DNA of 64,000 nt from a virus. The translations under genes and the position numbers were made by a program. The notes under the pieces are model-generated. The model searched no databases. It worked only from the letters and a program-made list of their open reading frames with translations, and had not been told where the DNA came from. Shown here piece by piece: positions 27,004 to 35,308 of this stretch; position 1 is the first letter of the stretch; every line of letters starts with the position of its first letter. The DNA is taken from positions 4,724-68,723 of IMG/VR virus record IMGVR_UViG_3300012206_000007; one strand, 5' to 3'.

Positions 27004-27840
27004 CTACTCAGGCGGCGCGACCGGCGCTGTCTCAGAGGAGACAGGCGTCGGCGTGACATCGACCACGGGCGCCAGCGGGGCACGGGTACGCAGGGCGGCG
27101 GCCACCGCCTGCTGGAGGTCGACGAGGCTTGCGCTCGGTTGGGCCACGATCGTCTGCTGCTGCTGGACGAGTAGTGGGGTGCGTGAGAGGAGGTGGCCGA
27201 GTTCGAGCGCGAGTTTCTGGTGCGCGAGGCTGGGGAGCTGGAGGACCTGCCCTTTGCCGCGGCAGGTCCGGCAGATCTTGGGCCGCGGCGCGGCCCCTGT
27301 GGCGTGGTCTCCCACGCCACCGCAGGCGGCGCAGGGGATGGGATAGGGGGCCGCCCGCATCATGACATCCTTGACGACGGCGACGAGCCGCTCGGCAATC
27401 TCGTGGTAGGCCAGCAGATGCGCGCGGGCGAGCGCGGCGTTCCGGTAGGCGGCGAAGAGGTCGAGAATCGTGACGCCAGCGAGGCGGCAGACATCGCGCA
27501 GCGGGAGGTGGTCATAGGTGGGGTCGGCGAGGGTGGCGAGGACGGCTTCGAGGTCGGGCGGCGCGGCTTCAAGCGTGTGGGCGAGGCGGGACCGGCCCCC
27601 GAGGGCCTCGACGACGGGGCCCAGACTGTCGTCGACGGCGGCGGCTTCCTCAGGCGTGAGGAAGGTGGTGCCGCCGGGGCGGTGGAGCTGGTGTTCGGGC
27701 GGGGTAGATGGGACGTCGGTCAGGATGTGCTGGATGTCATGAATGGGCGGCAGGACGGGCTTGGGGCGCGGGGCCAAGCGCGTGGCCGACCGGATGCGCA
27801 GCGCCGGGGGGGCGTTCGGGTCGCCGTGGCGTCGGTTCAT
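27004..27840 (-). CDS. Candidate terminase small subunit (HTH plus DnaJ-type Zn finger)
   Basis: LRDVCRLAGVT HTH-like segment; CAACGGVG...CRTCRGKG; upstream of TerL. Confidence 0.45.
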   Translation of the reverse strand: MNRRHGDPNAPPALRIRSATRLAPRPKPVLPPIHDIQHILTDVPSTPPEHQLHRPGGTTFLTPEEAAAVDDSLGPVVEALGGRSRLAHTLEAAPPDLEAVLATLADPTYDHLPLRDVCRLAGVTILDLFAAYRNAALARAHLLAYHEIAERLVAVVKDVMMRAAPYPIPCAACGGVGDHATGAAPRPKICRTCRGKGQVLQLPSLAHQKLALELGHLLSRTPLLVQQQQTIVAQPSASLVDLQQAVAAALRTRAPLAPVVDVTPTPVSSETAPVAPPE

Positions 27841-27890
27841 GGAGCCGCAGCTTGGGTGGCAGTGCCACCCCTCGGCGCGGTCCGCCGCGC

Positions 27891-28142
27891 CTAGCGTCGG
27901 ATGATACCGCCCAAGAGGCTGAGCGCAAGCAGGCCCGCTTGCTGGGTCGGCTGGTGGGGGGCGCGGGTCGGGACCACCGCCCAGTCGATATCGAGGCTCT
28001 TGCAGGCGGGGCAGCGGGGGAGGCGGCGTTGGGCGGCGGAATCGCACCGGGTGGGGCGATAGACCTGCGTGCCGCACCACGCGCACGTCCCGACCGGTCG
28101 CCCGGTCGCGCGAGGGATCCGGCCGGTGGGGGTGCGCCCCAT
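27891..28142 (-). CDS. Small Zn-ribbon protein
   Basis: CAWCG...CPACKS. Confidence 0.5.
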   Translation of the reverse strand: MGRTPTGRIPRATGRPVGTCAWCGTQVYRPTRCDSAAQRRLPRCPACKSLDIDWAVVPTRAPHQPTQQAGLLALSLLGGIIRR

Positions 28143-28146
28143 CAGC

Positions 28147-28665
28147 TCAGCCCCTCCGCATGCCTCGTCCTCCGCCGCTGCCTGCTGGCGTCGCGCATAG
28201 ACGCTCTGTCCCGAGTGTCGTCTGGTGGGCCGGTCTCCCGTAGGGGTCAGCGCACGCCCCGCTGTGTGTGCGCGCGAGGTGTGCCAGAGTCTCCCGCTCT
28301 CGGAGCCGCTGGTGCAGGTCGACCGTCTTCTCATCCGCCAAGTAGGTCAGAATCTCCTCCTCGTCGGGCGTATGTCCGGTCGCCTCCTGCATCTGCGCGA
28401 TAAAGTCCGCGACCAGCCCCGCTTCGACCTGATCGAGGTAACTCACGGCGGGTGGGGTCGCGCCAAGACCGACGCCTCCCGTCTGTAGCGCACCAATGGC
28501 CTCCGGGACCTCACCGTCCTGATCTGCACCTGTCACGTGCGCGACCAGATGCTCCAGCGCGTCCGCCTGCCGCTCCTCCGCCTGCCGAATCCCGGCCAGT
28601 TCGTGCACCAGCGTCCGCAGCAGCCGCCCGCTCCCCTGTCGCCGGAAGGCGTCGGCCCAGCCCAT
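28147..28665 (-). CDS. Hypothetical protein
   Basis: 172 aa; TAGGCT-N6-ATG upstream. Confidence 0.55.
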   Translation of the reverse strand: MGWADAFRRQGSGRLLRTLVHELAGIRQAEERQADALEHLVAHVTGADQDGEVPEAIGALQTGGVGLGATPPAVSYLDQVEAGLVADFIAQMQEATGHTPDEEEILTYLADEKTVDLHQRLRERETLAHLARTHSGACADPYGRPAHQTTLGTERLCATPAGSGGGRGMRRG

Positions 28666-28674
28666 CGCCTCAGC

Positions 28675-28965
28675 CTACACCGACTCGGGCCCGTCTGCGT
28701 CTACAGTGCCCGTTGCGTCGTCTCCCGCAGGCAGATCCAGCCGATCTAGCAGCACCACGACCATCGAGGACCACCCGACAGGCTTCAGCACTTTCTGCGA
28801 TTCTTTCACCGCCCGCGTGACACACGTCTGCGCTCGACCGCCCTCCACGATCCCGCGATGCGTCTGCGGGGGCCGCATCGCATACTCAAACGAACAGCTG
28901 AATCGACAGCGCATGCCTCCCCCCTCCGCCGTAGAGCCTACCACCTCAGCAGTCGATTTAGACAA
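28675..28965 (-). CDS. Hypothetical protein
   Basis: ORF in operon orientation; start uncertain. Confidence 0.45.
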   Translation of the reverse strand: MSKSTAEVVGSTAEGGGMRCRFSCSFEYAMRPPQTHRGIVEGGRAQTCVTRAVKESQKVLKPVGWSSMVVVLLDRLDLPAGDDATGTVDADGPESV

Positions 28966-29139
28966 CTCCCCCTCCGTGCAGAAAAATACTGAGCTGAGCC
29001 CTAGTCCGGCCGCGAGCCTCTCCGGCCGGGGCGGCCCTTGCGGACAATGGTGCGGCCTGGTCGGAGGCGTGCGCAGGATGCCCCGTGCGTCCGTGTGGAA
29101 GGCACAGGACGCGTCTGGCGCGACGGGGAAGGGTCTGGC

Positions 29140-29322
29140 CTAGGGTACGTCGCCTGACGCGCCGTCGCTAGCGGAGACGACGGTATAGGCTACGTCGGCG
29201 CCCCAGCGTCCGGCATCGTCGCGTTCCGCCAGCGTGCAGGCTTCGTCGGGCGATGTGGCGCGATAGGTCCGGTCCCGAACCGTGCCGTCGGCGTCTGTCG
29301 CACGGATGAGGTAGTCAGTCAT
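29140..29322 (-). CDS. Small hypothetical protein
   Basis: MTDYLIRATDADG...; TTGACC-N17-TAGGAT-N7-ATG. Confidence 0.55.
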   Translation of the reverse strand: MTDYLIRATDADGTVRDRTYRATSPDEACTLAERDDAGRWGADVAYTVVSASDGASGDVP

Positions 29323-29416
29323 ACCGCGGATCCTACCCGAACGGCTGAGCTGGGTCAAGTGTGGCATGCTCCCCACATGTAGGGCGAGTGCCCCTACCGA
29401 CCACCTCAGCCGCACA

Positions 29417-29554
29417 TCAGCGAAGCATCAGGTAGAAGCACAGCAGCGACAGGCCGCACGCACTCAGCCAGAACCCGACGACGAACAGCCGCGCCAGCAC
29501 ACCCGCTCCGCCACACAACGCGAACAGGATGAGCCCTAGCAGGATAGCGACCAT
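29417..29554 (-). CDS. Small two-TM membrane protein
   Basis: Read manually: MVAILLGLILFALCGGAGVLARLFVVGFWLSACGLSLLCFYLMLR; TTGCGC-N17-TAAGCT-N6-ATG. Confidence 0.55.
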   Translation of the reverse strand: MVAILLGLILFALCGGAGVLARLFVVGFWLSACGLSLLCFYLMLR

Positions 29555-29651
29555 TGGCTGAGCTTAGCACAGGACGGGCTCCGGCGCAAGGGCGCGATGC
29601 TACAGGTATGAACGATACAGGGCTGAATAGTGCATAGCGCGATAGAGACGG

Positions 29652-29700
29652 TATGAACAGTTCATAGCTGCACTATAACTGACTGAACAGTTCATAGCTG
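29652..29700. repeat. 17-bp direct repeat with palindromic core
   Basis: TGAACAGTTCATAGCTG at 29654 and 29684; palindrome TATGAAC-A-GTTCATA at 29652-29666. Confidence 0.85.
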
Positions 29701-29743
29701 TAGGGCTTTGCTAAGCTTATCAAGCTTGCAGTTCACTGAGTGC

Positions 29744-29779
29744 TTGACAAGCTCAGCCGTGCTGAAGTAAGCTCTGCAC
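29744..29779 (+). promoter_or_regulatory. Sigma70-type early promoter, leaderless
   Basis: TTGACA-N18-TAAGCT-N6-ATG(29780). Confidence 0.75.
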
Positions 29780-30106
29780 ATGGCCACTGACTACGTCGAC
29801 TTAGGACCCACGCCGGCAGAAGAATCGTGTCAGCAAGTGGGCACGGCAGCGTATGACGAAGGAGAAGCGCGGCGGGAGTCGCGGATCTACCTTGAGCAGA
29901 TTCGGCGCGTCTGCGGAGTGGAACCCCTTGGGGCTCGCCTGGTGATCAAGGGGTTTGCGCATGACTTCGGGACGTACCACGAAGTGGTGTGTCGCTTCAA
30001 TGATGAGTCGGAAACAGCGACCGCGTACGCCTATCGGCTTGAGGCGGAGTCACCGCAATGCTGGGATAGCGAAGCGCGAGCGCAACTGGGCAGAGATGCC
30101 GTATGA
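29780..30106 (+). CDS. Early hypothetical protein
   Basis: LGPTPAEESCQQVG...HDFGTYHEV motif, which I recall from other phage/mobile-element early genes. Confidence 0.7.
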   Translation: MATDYVDLGPTPAEESCQQVGTAAYDEGEARRESRIYLEQIRRVCGVEPLGARLVIKGFAHDFGTYHEVVCRFNDESETATAYAYRLEAESPQCWDSEARAQLGRDAV

Positions 30107-31484
30107 AGCGCACGCGGGCGGAACTTGAGGCGGAGCTCGCCTACCAGCAAGGCCAGGCGACGATCTACCAAGTCGCACTCTCAGCCATCGTCGACGCACC
30201 GGCGGCCGTGGAGCGGTTCTCGATTGATGGCGGGCGGTACACGCTGCGGCTGTACCGACCGACGGCCGCGCACGGAGGACTGGTGACGACCACATATGCG
30301 TGCAAGGGGCAGGCGACGGTCGTCCTAGCTGACTACCTCGACAGTCTAGCGAACGTCTACTGGGCAGGACATGCGGGGGCGACGGCTCTGCCGTTCTGCA
30401 GGGCCGTTGAGCGGCTGACCCGAGTGCGGAACAAGGCGAACGAAGCACCACGCCGAACGGAAGGGGCCGCATGAGCTGCACGCTCCGTCGACTCTCCACT
30501 GGCGAGTCCCGCTGGCACCTCTCGACGGACCTACCGGGCACAGGACGCTCGAGTCGGATCGATCGGCAGGCAATCGGCGTGCTGTACCTGACGATCCACG
30601 CGTTCGGCTGCTACCTCGACTGGACCGCAACGTGCCCGAAAGGCTGGCGCGCATGACGTTCCAGTCCTTCGACACATGGGCGGCCATCCTTGAGCACGTG
30701 CGAGCGGAGCAGCCCATCTATTACCAAGCGCCCTTGGATTACCGGCCTGTGCACGTGCTGGCGCGTTGCGGGCGCGGCACGTTGCCAGACGTCGTCCACG
30801 TGACGCCGCTTCCGTTTGGGACTGCCGATCCGTTCTGGGCGGACGCCGGGCACTTGTCCCGCTTCCGCCAGCAGGTGCGCGCATGAGGCCCTATTGCGTG
30901 ACGTGTGGGCGACCGTTCGCGGTCGCAAAGGTAGCCAAGCCAGTCGATACGGCTCAGCTGTCGGTGAAGGCCCTGTACGCCCACTTCAGGGCGTCTGCAC
31001 CGCTCGAGGATGTGCGCTTCTTCCTAGCGACTGCAGTGTTGTCGTCAGCGACGCGAGCAGCGGTCAAAGCGTTACTGGCAACAGGCTGCACGAACCGAGC
31101 AGAGACCTATCGCCAGCTGGGGGCGCTTCAAGATCGCTGGCGCGCTGAGGATTACTGGCATCGGATCGTCGTGCCGCGCAAGCGGCTCGCACGGCGCCGC
31201 GCTCGCGCGCAACGACGGACTCACGCCCAACAGGAAAGGGCCGCATGAACAAGACACAGCAGACCCAGCTCCGCGAGCGTCTCCGCCAGCAGGGGTTTGA
31301 CGCCTCGTATCTGACACGAGACGGGGCGGAGCGAGCCGTACGCGTGCGGTGCTCGGCGTGCGAGGCCCATGTCATCCAAGGCGTCGCCTGCCATGAGACG
31401 GGCTGTCCACACCAAGTCTATGAGTGCCGGGGCTGCAATGCGGCCGTCCCGCGACGGGGCGCCTACTGCGAGGACTGCGCATGA
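30103..31484 (+). CDS. Run of five small coupled early genes (30103-30474, 30471-30656, 30653-30886, 30883-31248, 31245-31484)
   Basis: Successive ATGA overlaps; the last is Cys-rich. Confidence 0.6.
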
Positions 31485-31801
31485 CGCACTTTCGCGTGAC
31501 TTATGACGTCGTGACCGAAGAATCCGCCGAGCAAGGCGATATCGCAGAGTCTGGCTTTTACTCGCGTGGCGGGTGGAAACACGACGATCCGAGCGATTGG
31601 ACGTTGCATGAAGTCGTACGCGAATTCGGGCGCAACGGCCTCGAGGACGGCGGGCGTGGGTTTTACACCTGCGACTCGGAGATTGACTACCGAACGGGCG
31701 ATCACACGTCGTATGGGGTGCATCCGCCGGCCTCGGTCACGGGCGCCAGCTACGCGCGCCTGCAACGGATCCTCAGCTACCGACACGGCAAGCGGACGTG
31801 A
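31481..31801 (+). CDS. Early hypothetical protein
   Basis: VTYDVVTEESAEQGDIAESGF motif typical of phage early genes. Confidence 0.65.
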   Translation: MTHFRVTYDVVTEESAEQGDIAESGFYSRGGWKHDDPSDWTLHEVVREFGRNGLEDGGRGFYTCDSEIDYRTGDHTSYGVHPPASVTGASYARLQRILSYRHGKRT

Positions 31802-32027
31802 AGGCGCCGCTCGCCTTCCCAGTGCCTGCTCCGCCCTGCTACGACTGCGGCACACCGACCCGTTCGGAGGTCAAAGTGTGCGCTGCCTGCATCCGTCGCC
31901 GCTGGCGGGCGGGCGAATTGGAGTGGTTTGGGCGGTGCTACCCCGCTGACCAGCACGCCCGTTGCGATCACCCGCTGCCAGCGGGCTATCCCACCCGCCC
32001 ACGGGAGAGCGCATGATGCCGCCAACG

Positions 32028-32119
32028 CGTACGTCCCGTACGTCCTTCAGCCGGTACGTACCTTCAGTCGGTACGTACCCTCCGTACCCTCCGTACCTTC
32101 CGTACCTTCCGTACCTTCA
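32028..32119. repeat. GTAC-rich island with 9-bp tandem repeat CGTACC(C/T)TC x5
   Basis: 10 GTAC in about 90 bp, directly upstream of the SD of 32132. Confidence 0.85.
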
Positions 32120-32131
32120 GAGGAGCACCAG

Positions 32132-32581
32132 ATGAGCCGTTCCCCCGCCTGGCGTGATGAGTTCGTCGCCCAACTGACGCGTGAACTCCCGACGCAATCG
32201 CCCTATGCCGTGGCCGAACTGGCGGAGCAGCTCATGCGCGCCAGCCGACGCTTGCAGCGGCTGGCGGAGCTCGCCTGCAGCTCGGAAGCGGCCGACCGCG
32301 ACCGCGTGCTCTGTCCCGCCGCGACGAAGAAACGCGCCGTCTGCCTGTGCGACTACGACGCCCAAGATCCGATCAACGGCCATCAGACGATCCCGCGCAT
32401 TGCCCTGCAGGACTGGCAGACCGAGCAGCGGGTCAAAGCCCTCTGTAAGCCGTACGGCCTCGAGGTGCTGACGCAAGGCGACCCACGCGGAGCCGTCCTG
32501 CGGGTCATCCCGCCCAGCTACGCGAAGCGGAACGAAGGGAAGGACCGCTTCAACCTGGAAGGAATCGCGGTGCCGTCATGA
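32132..32581 (+). CDS. Hypothetical protein
   Basis: GAGGAG SD; QGDPRG motif. Confidence 0.65.
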   Translation: MSRSPAWRDEFVAQLTRELPTQSPYAVAELAEQLMRASRRLQRLAELACSSEAADRDRVLCPAATKKRAVCLCDYDAQDPINGHQTIPRIALQDWQTEQRVKALCKPYGLEVLTQGDPRGAVLRVIPPSYAKRNEGKDRFNLEGIAVPS

Positions 32582-32978
32582 CCGCTCGCTACGATCAAGC
32601 CGCCTATCGCCAGTTCAAGGCGTCGCTGACGCGTGCCGTGAACCGGCAGGATGACGCCGCTATCCTGCGTGCATGCGCGGCTTTCGATGCCTTCTACGAG
32701 GGGTACTCGCCGCCAGATGACTGGCACCGCTGGCGTGTCGCACGGGAAGAGGCCGAAGGCCGGATTAGACGGAGGCAGCCATGACCATCACCATCCGCCT
32801 GAAGACCGATAACGCCGCCTTCAACGACAACCTCCGCGCGCCGCAGATCGCGAGCATCGTCTCGCACGTCGCCGCACTCCTCCTCCAGGGGAAGGTCGCC
32901 GCAGGGCGCCTCGAAGCCAAGCCACTCTACGACGCCAACGGGAATCGCGTCGGTTCGGTCACTGTTACCGGGCGCTGA
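32578..32978 (+). CDS. Two small early genes (32578-32784; 32781-32978)
   Basis: Coupled ORFs; the second has the TDNAAF...YDANGNRVG phage motif. Confidence 0.6.
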
Positions 32979-33056
32979 GCCGCTCCCTCCGGTACCGTCC
33001 CTTCAGAAGGTACGTACCCCTCAGTACCGATCCACGCACGCGCGAGCAGACACCCA

Positions 33057-33377
33057 CTAGCCCCACCGCTGAAGGATCCGCCCGTCACGCACCAGGGGAA
33101 TCCGCGTGTTCGGCTGGCCTAAATCTTCGAGGACATGCAGGAGATCAATGGAGGGGCCGTCTGTACAGCGGCAGGTCGCGTTGCTATTCCCCAGTGAGAG
33201 CGGGCAATGGTCGTCATGCTGGTTCTCAAGGTAGTAGATAGCGCCTTGCTGGATGAAGGGCTGGGCCAATGGCAGGGCGCGCTCCATGAGTTGGAGCCGG
33301 TTGAGGCCGAACCAAGGCTGCTTAGAGGAGGCACGTGCGGTAGTTGCCCGACGCGGCGTGAAGCGCGGGATCTTCAT
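33057..33377 (-). CDS. Hypothetical protein (HDDHCP...CRC motif)
   Basis: AAGGAG SD upstream of the ATG. Confidence 0.55.
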   Translation of the reverse strand: MKIPRFTPRRATTARASSKQPWFGLNRLQLMERALPLAQPFIQQGAIYYLENQHDDHCPLSLGNSNATCRCTDGPSIDLLHVLEDLGQPNTRIPLVRDGRILQRWG

Positions 33378-33399
33378 CGGACACGCTCCTTTTCAGGCG

Positions 33400-33689
33400 A
33401 GGTGTACGTACCTTATGGTACATCTAGGTCTCATGGTAGGGCACAAGCTGCGTAAACTCGGATAACTCCTGTACCGACAGTACGTTAGGTCGCCGCATAC
33501 GCCCGACTTTTGTACTGCGTGATCGATTGCGCAATGCGTAATGGGTGCGCAATCGATCTTTAGTACCTATGTACCTGTACCAGTAGGTACTTAGCGCCAG
33601 TTACGCAATCACGCACCGTTTCTAGGAAAACGCGGCCGGCCATAAGGAAGTCGTATCCAGACATGCTCCGTACTAAGTGCGTAAGTGCG
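33400..33689. other. Candidate replication origin
   Basis: Lower-GC intergenic region downstream of the helicase; 13-bp IR at 33521-33558, AGTACCTA/TAGGTACT IR, repeated TGCGTAA and many GTAC. Confidence 0.5.
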
Positions 33690-34697
33690 CTAGGTCGCTC
33701 GGACGAACATCGTCTTGACGTAGCGCCCTCGACTGACCCGTGTGATGTACAGCCGTTGCTGGAGATCCCAGATCAGTTGGTCGGCTCGGCGCTCTTTGAC
33801 AGCACAGGCCAACTCAATCGCCGTCTTCAGTTGCTTCCGCGTCCAGCCGGGGGGGTCACTCGGCATCTGGTCAACAACCGCCTCAAGGCGCTGTTGATCG
33901 GCCTCGCTCGGCTCCTCGCCACCCTCCGCAGCGGCATCTGTGGAGTAGGGGACGAACAGCCCCAAGTCATTCCGACCAAAGTTGAATGTTCCGCTCGGCG
34001 CATGGGTCGGTTGCCAGCCCACCTCGTAGTACGGCTGGCTGATCTCCTTCGGCCCGAGCAGGTAGAACATCGTGTCCGAGAATCCGATCTGCGCGCCTGA
34101 CCCCATGATGCGTTCGTAGGGGTCCTTGTACTGGTCGCGTGTGTCACCCTTCTGCTTGCTCATGTGGCTGAGCCCGAGCAGCGTGAGCTGGCGGCGATCC
34201 ATGAACTGGCTGATCGTCCCGAGTCCCCCGACGACCTCGGCGTAGTCATTCAACCGGCTCGTGAGAAATGGTCCCATGACGTCGATTCCGAGGAAGCCCC
34301 CAGGTGGCAGGGCCAAGGCATCTAGTGCCCGATTCACGAGCATGTCTGCATAGGCGGGTGTCTTCAGCTTACGCCAGAGGATGTCGGGCTGATCGCGGAG
34401 GGCGTAGTAACGCACGTCTGGGAAGCCTGCTTTGGCGAACCAGCCAGCTTGGTTCAGGTGCCACTTGTGATCGGTGGTGAGGAGGCCCAAGGCTGTGGGG
34501 CGATTGGTCGGGAGCCCGCAAATGGGACGCCCATCGCGGAGCCGCGCGAACCAGTCGGCGAGGAGGGCCGTCTTCCCGCGCTTGGGCGGCCCCATGAAGA
34601 TGCACAGGGAGCCGAACGGAATGACGCCAGGAATCGGATCGGGATAGGGGGCTTGACTGGATGAGCTTCCGAATGGTAGTGTGGTCATGTCGGCCAC
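33690..34697 (-). CDS. RepA/AAA_25 family replicative helicase with C-terminal winged helix
   Basis: GPPKRGKT Walker A, LGIDV Walker B, SHMSK, IMGSGA; C-terminal ITRVSRGRY. Confidence 0.8.
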   Translation of the reverse strand: MADMTTLPFGSSSSQAPYPDPIPGVIPFGSLCIFMGPPKRGKTALLADWFARLRDGRPICGLPTNRPTALGLLTTDHKWHLNQAGWFAKAGFPDVRYYALRDQPDILWRKLKTPAYADMLVNRALDALALPPGGFLGIDVMGPFLTSRLNDYAEVVGGLGTISQFMDRRQLTLLGLSHMSKQKGDTRDQYKDPYERIMGSGAQIGFSDTMFYLLGPKEISQPYYEVGWQPTHAPSGTFNFGRNDLGLFVPYSTDAAAEGGEEPSEADQQRLEAVVDQMPSDPPGWTRKQLKTAIELACAVKERRADQLIWDLQQRLYITRVSRGRYVKTMFVRAT

Positions 34698-34931
34698 TCC
34701 TTTGGCAGATTCGGCTGGGCCTGCATCGCTTCCTTTCCAGAGGGCACGCTGACCTGGCCGACTTTCCGCAGTCTAAACCCCGCAGTTCTACACCCGTCCT
34801 GCCTCGGCCGCAACCGCTAGACCTTGTGACGCCTACCTCGGCCGTCTACTACTTCGGGTATTCGCCTACAGTCTGCGACTGGCTACTGAAGAGCAGCTCA
34901 GCCATTCCTTAGCATCGGCAAAACTGCGTGC

Positions 34932-34968
34932 TTGACAACCTCGACCATTCCGATCTAGGCTTCTGCCC
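34932..34968 (+). promoter_or_regulatory. Sigma70-type promoter, leaderless
   Basis: TTGACA-N18-TAGGCT-N7-ATG(34969); shares TGCTTGACAA with the 29741 promoter. Confidence 0.75.
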
Positions 34969-35256
34969 ATGGACCTCTTCATCAGCGGCGACCCCTCTCG
35001 CATCGATGGCCCCGTCGAACTCGCCGCCAGCGAACGCCTCGAGGGCGAACCGATTCGCGTCCGCCTCCAGCCTTCCCTGTTCCGCCGCGGCCTCGGGCAG
35101 CACCGCTACTGGGCCGGCGTCAGCTGGACCGTGGACTGTCGGAGCGTCGAGGAAGCGGTCGGGCTCAGAGAGGCGCTCCAAGCGTTCTTCCGGGCGCTGG
35201 AGCGGGCGGGGACGCGCGCCTTGGTCGTGGCGCTGGATGCGGTCGGACCCCACTGA
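34969..35256 (+). CDS. Hypothetical protein
   Basis: 95 aa directly behind the promoter. Confidence 0.6.
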   Translation: MDLFISGDPSRIDGPVELAASERLEGEPIRVRLQPSLFRRGLGQHRYWAGVSWTVDCRSVEEAVGLREALQAFFRALERAGTRALVVALDAVGPH

Positions 35257-35308
35257 CGCGCGTGGAGACGTCTACAGAAGGCTCACCCGAAAGGGGCCAC
35301 CCCCTCAG

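Noticed and set aside
32028-32119. Possible CRISPR or mini-array
   Set aside because: Units are 9-bp tandem repeats without unique spacers, and there is no cas operon.
34928-35308. N-terminal 127 aa of the 602-aa ORF
   Set aside because: Overlaps the promoter and the better-supported 34969-35256 gene; the nuclease likely starts at 35309.
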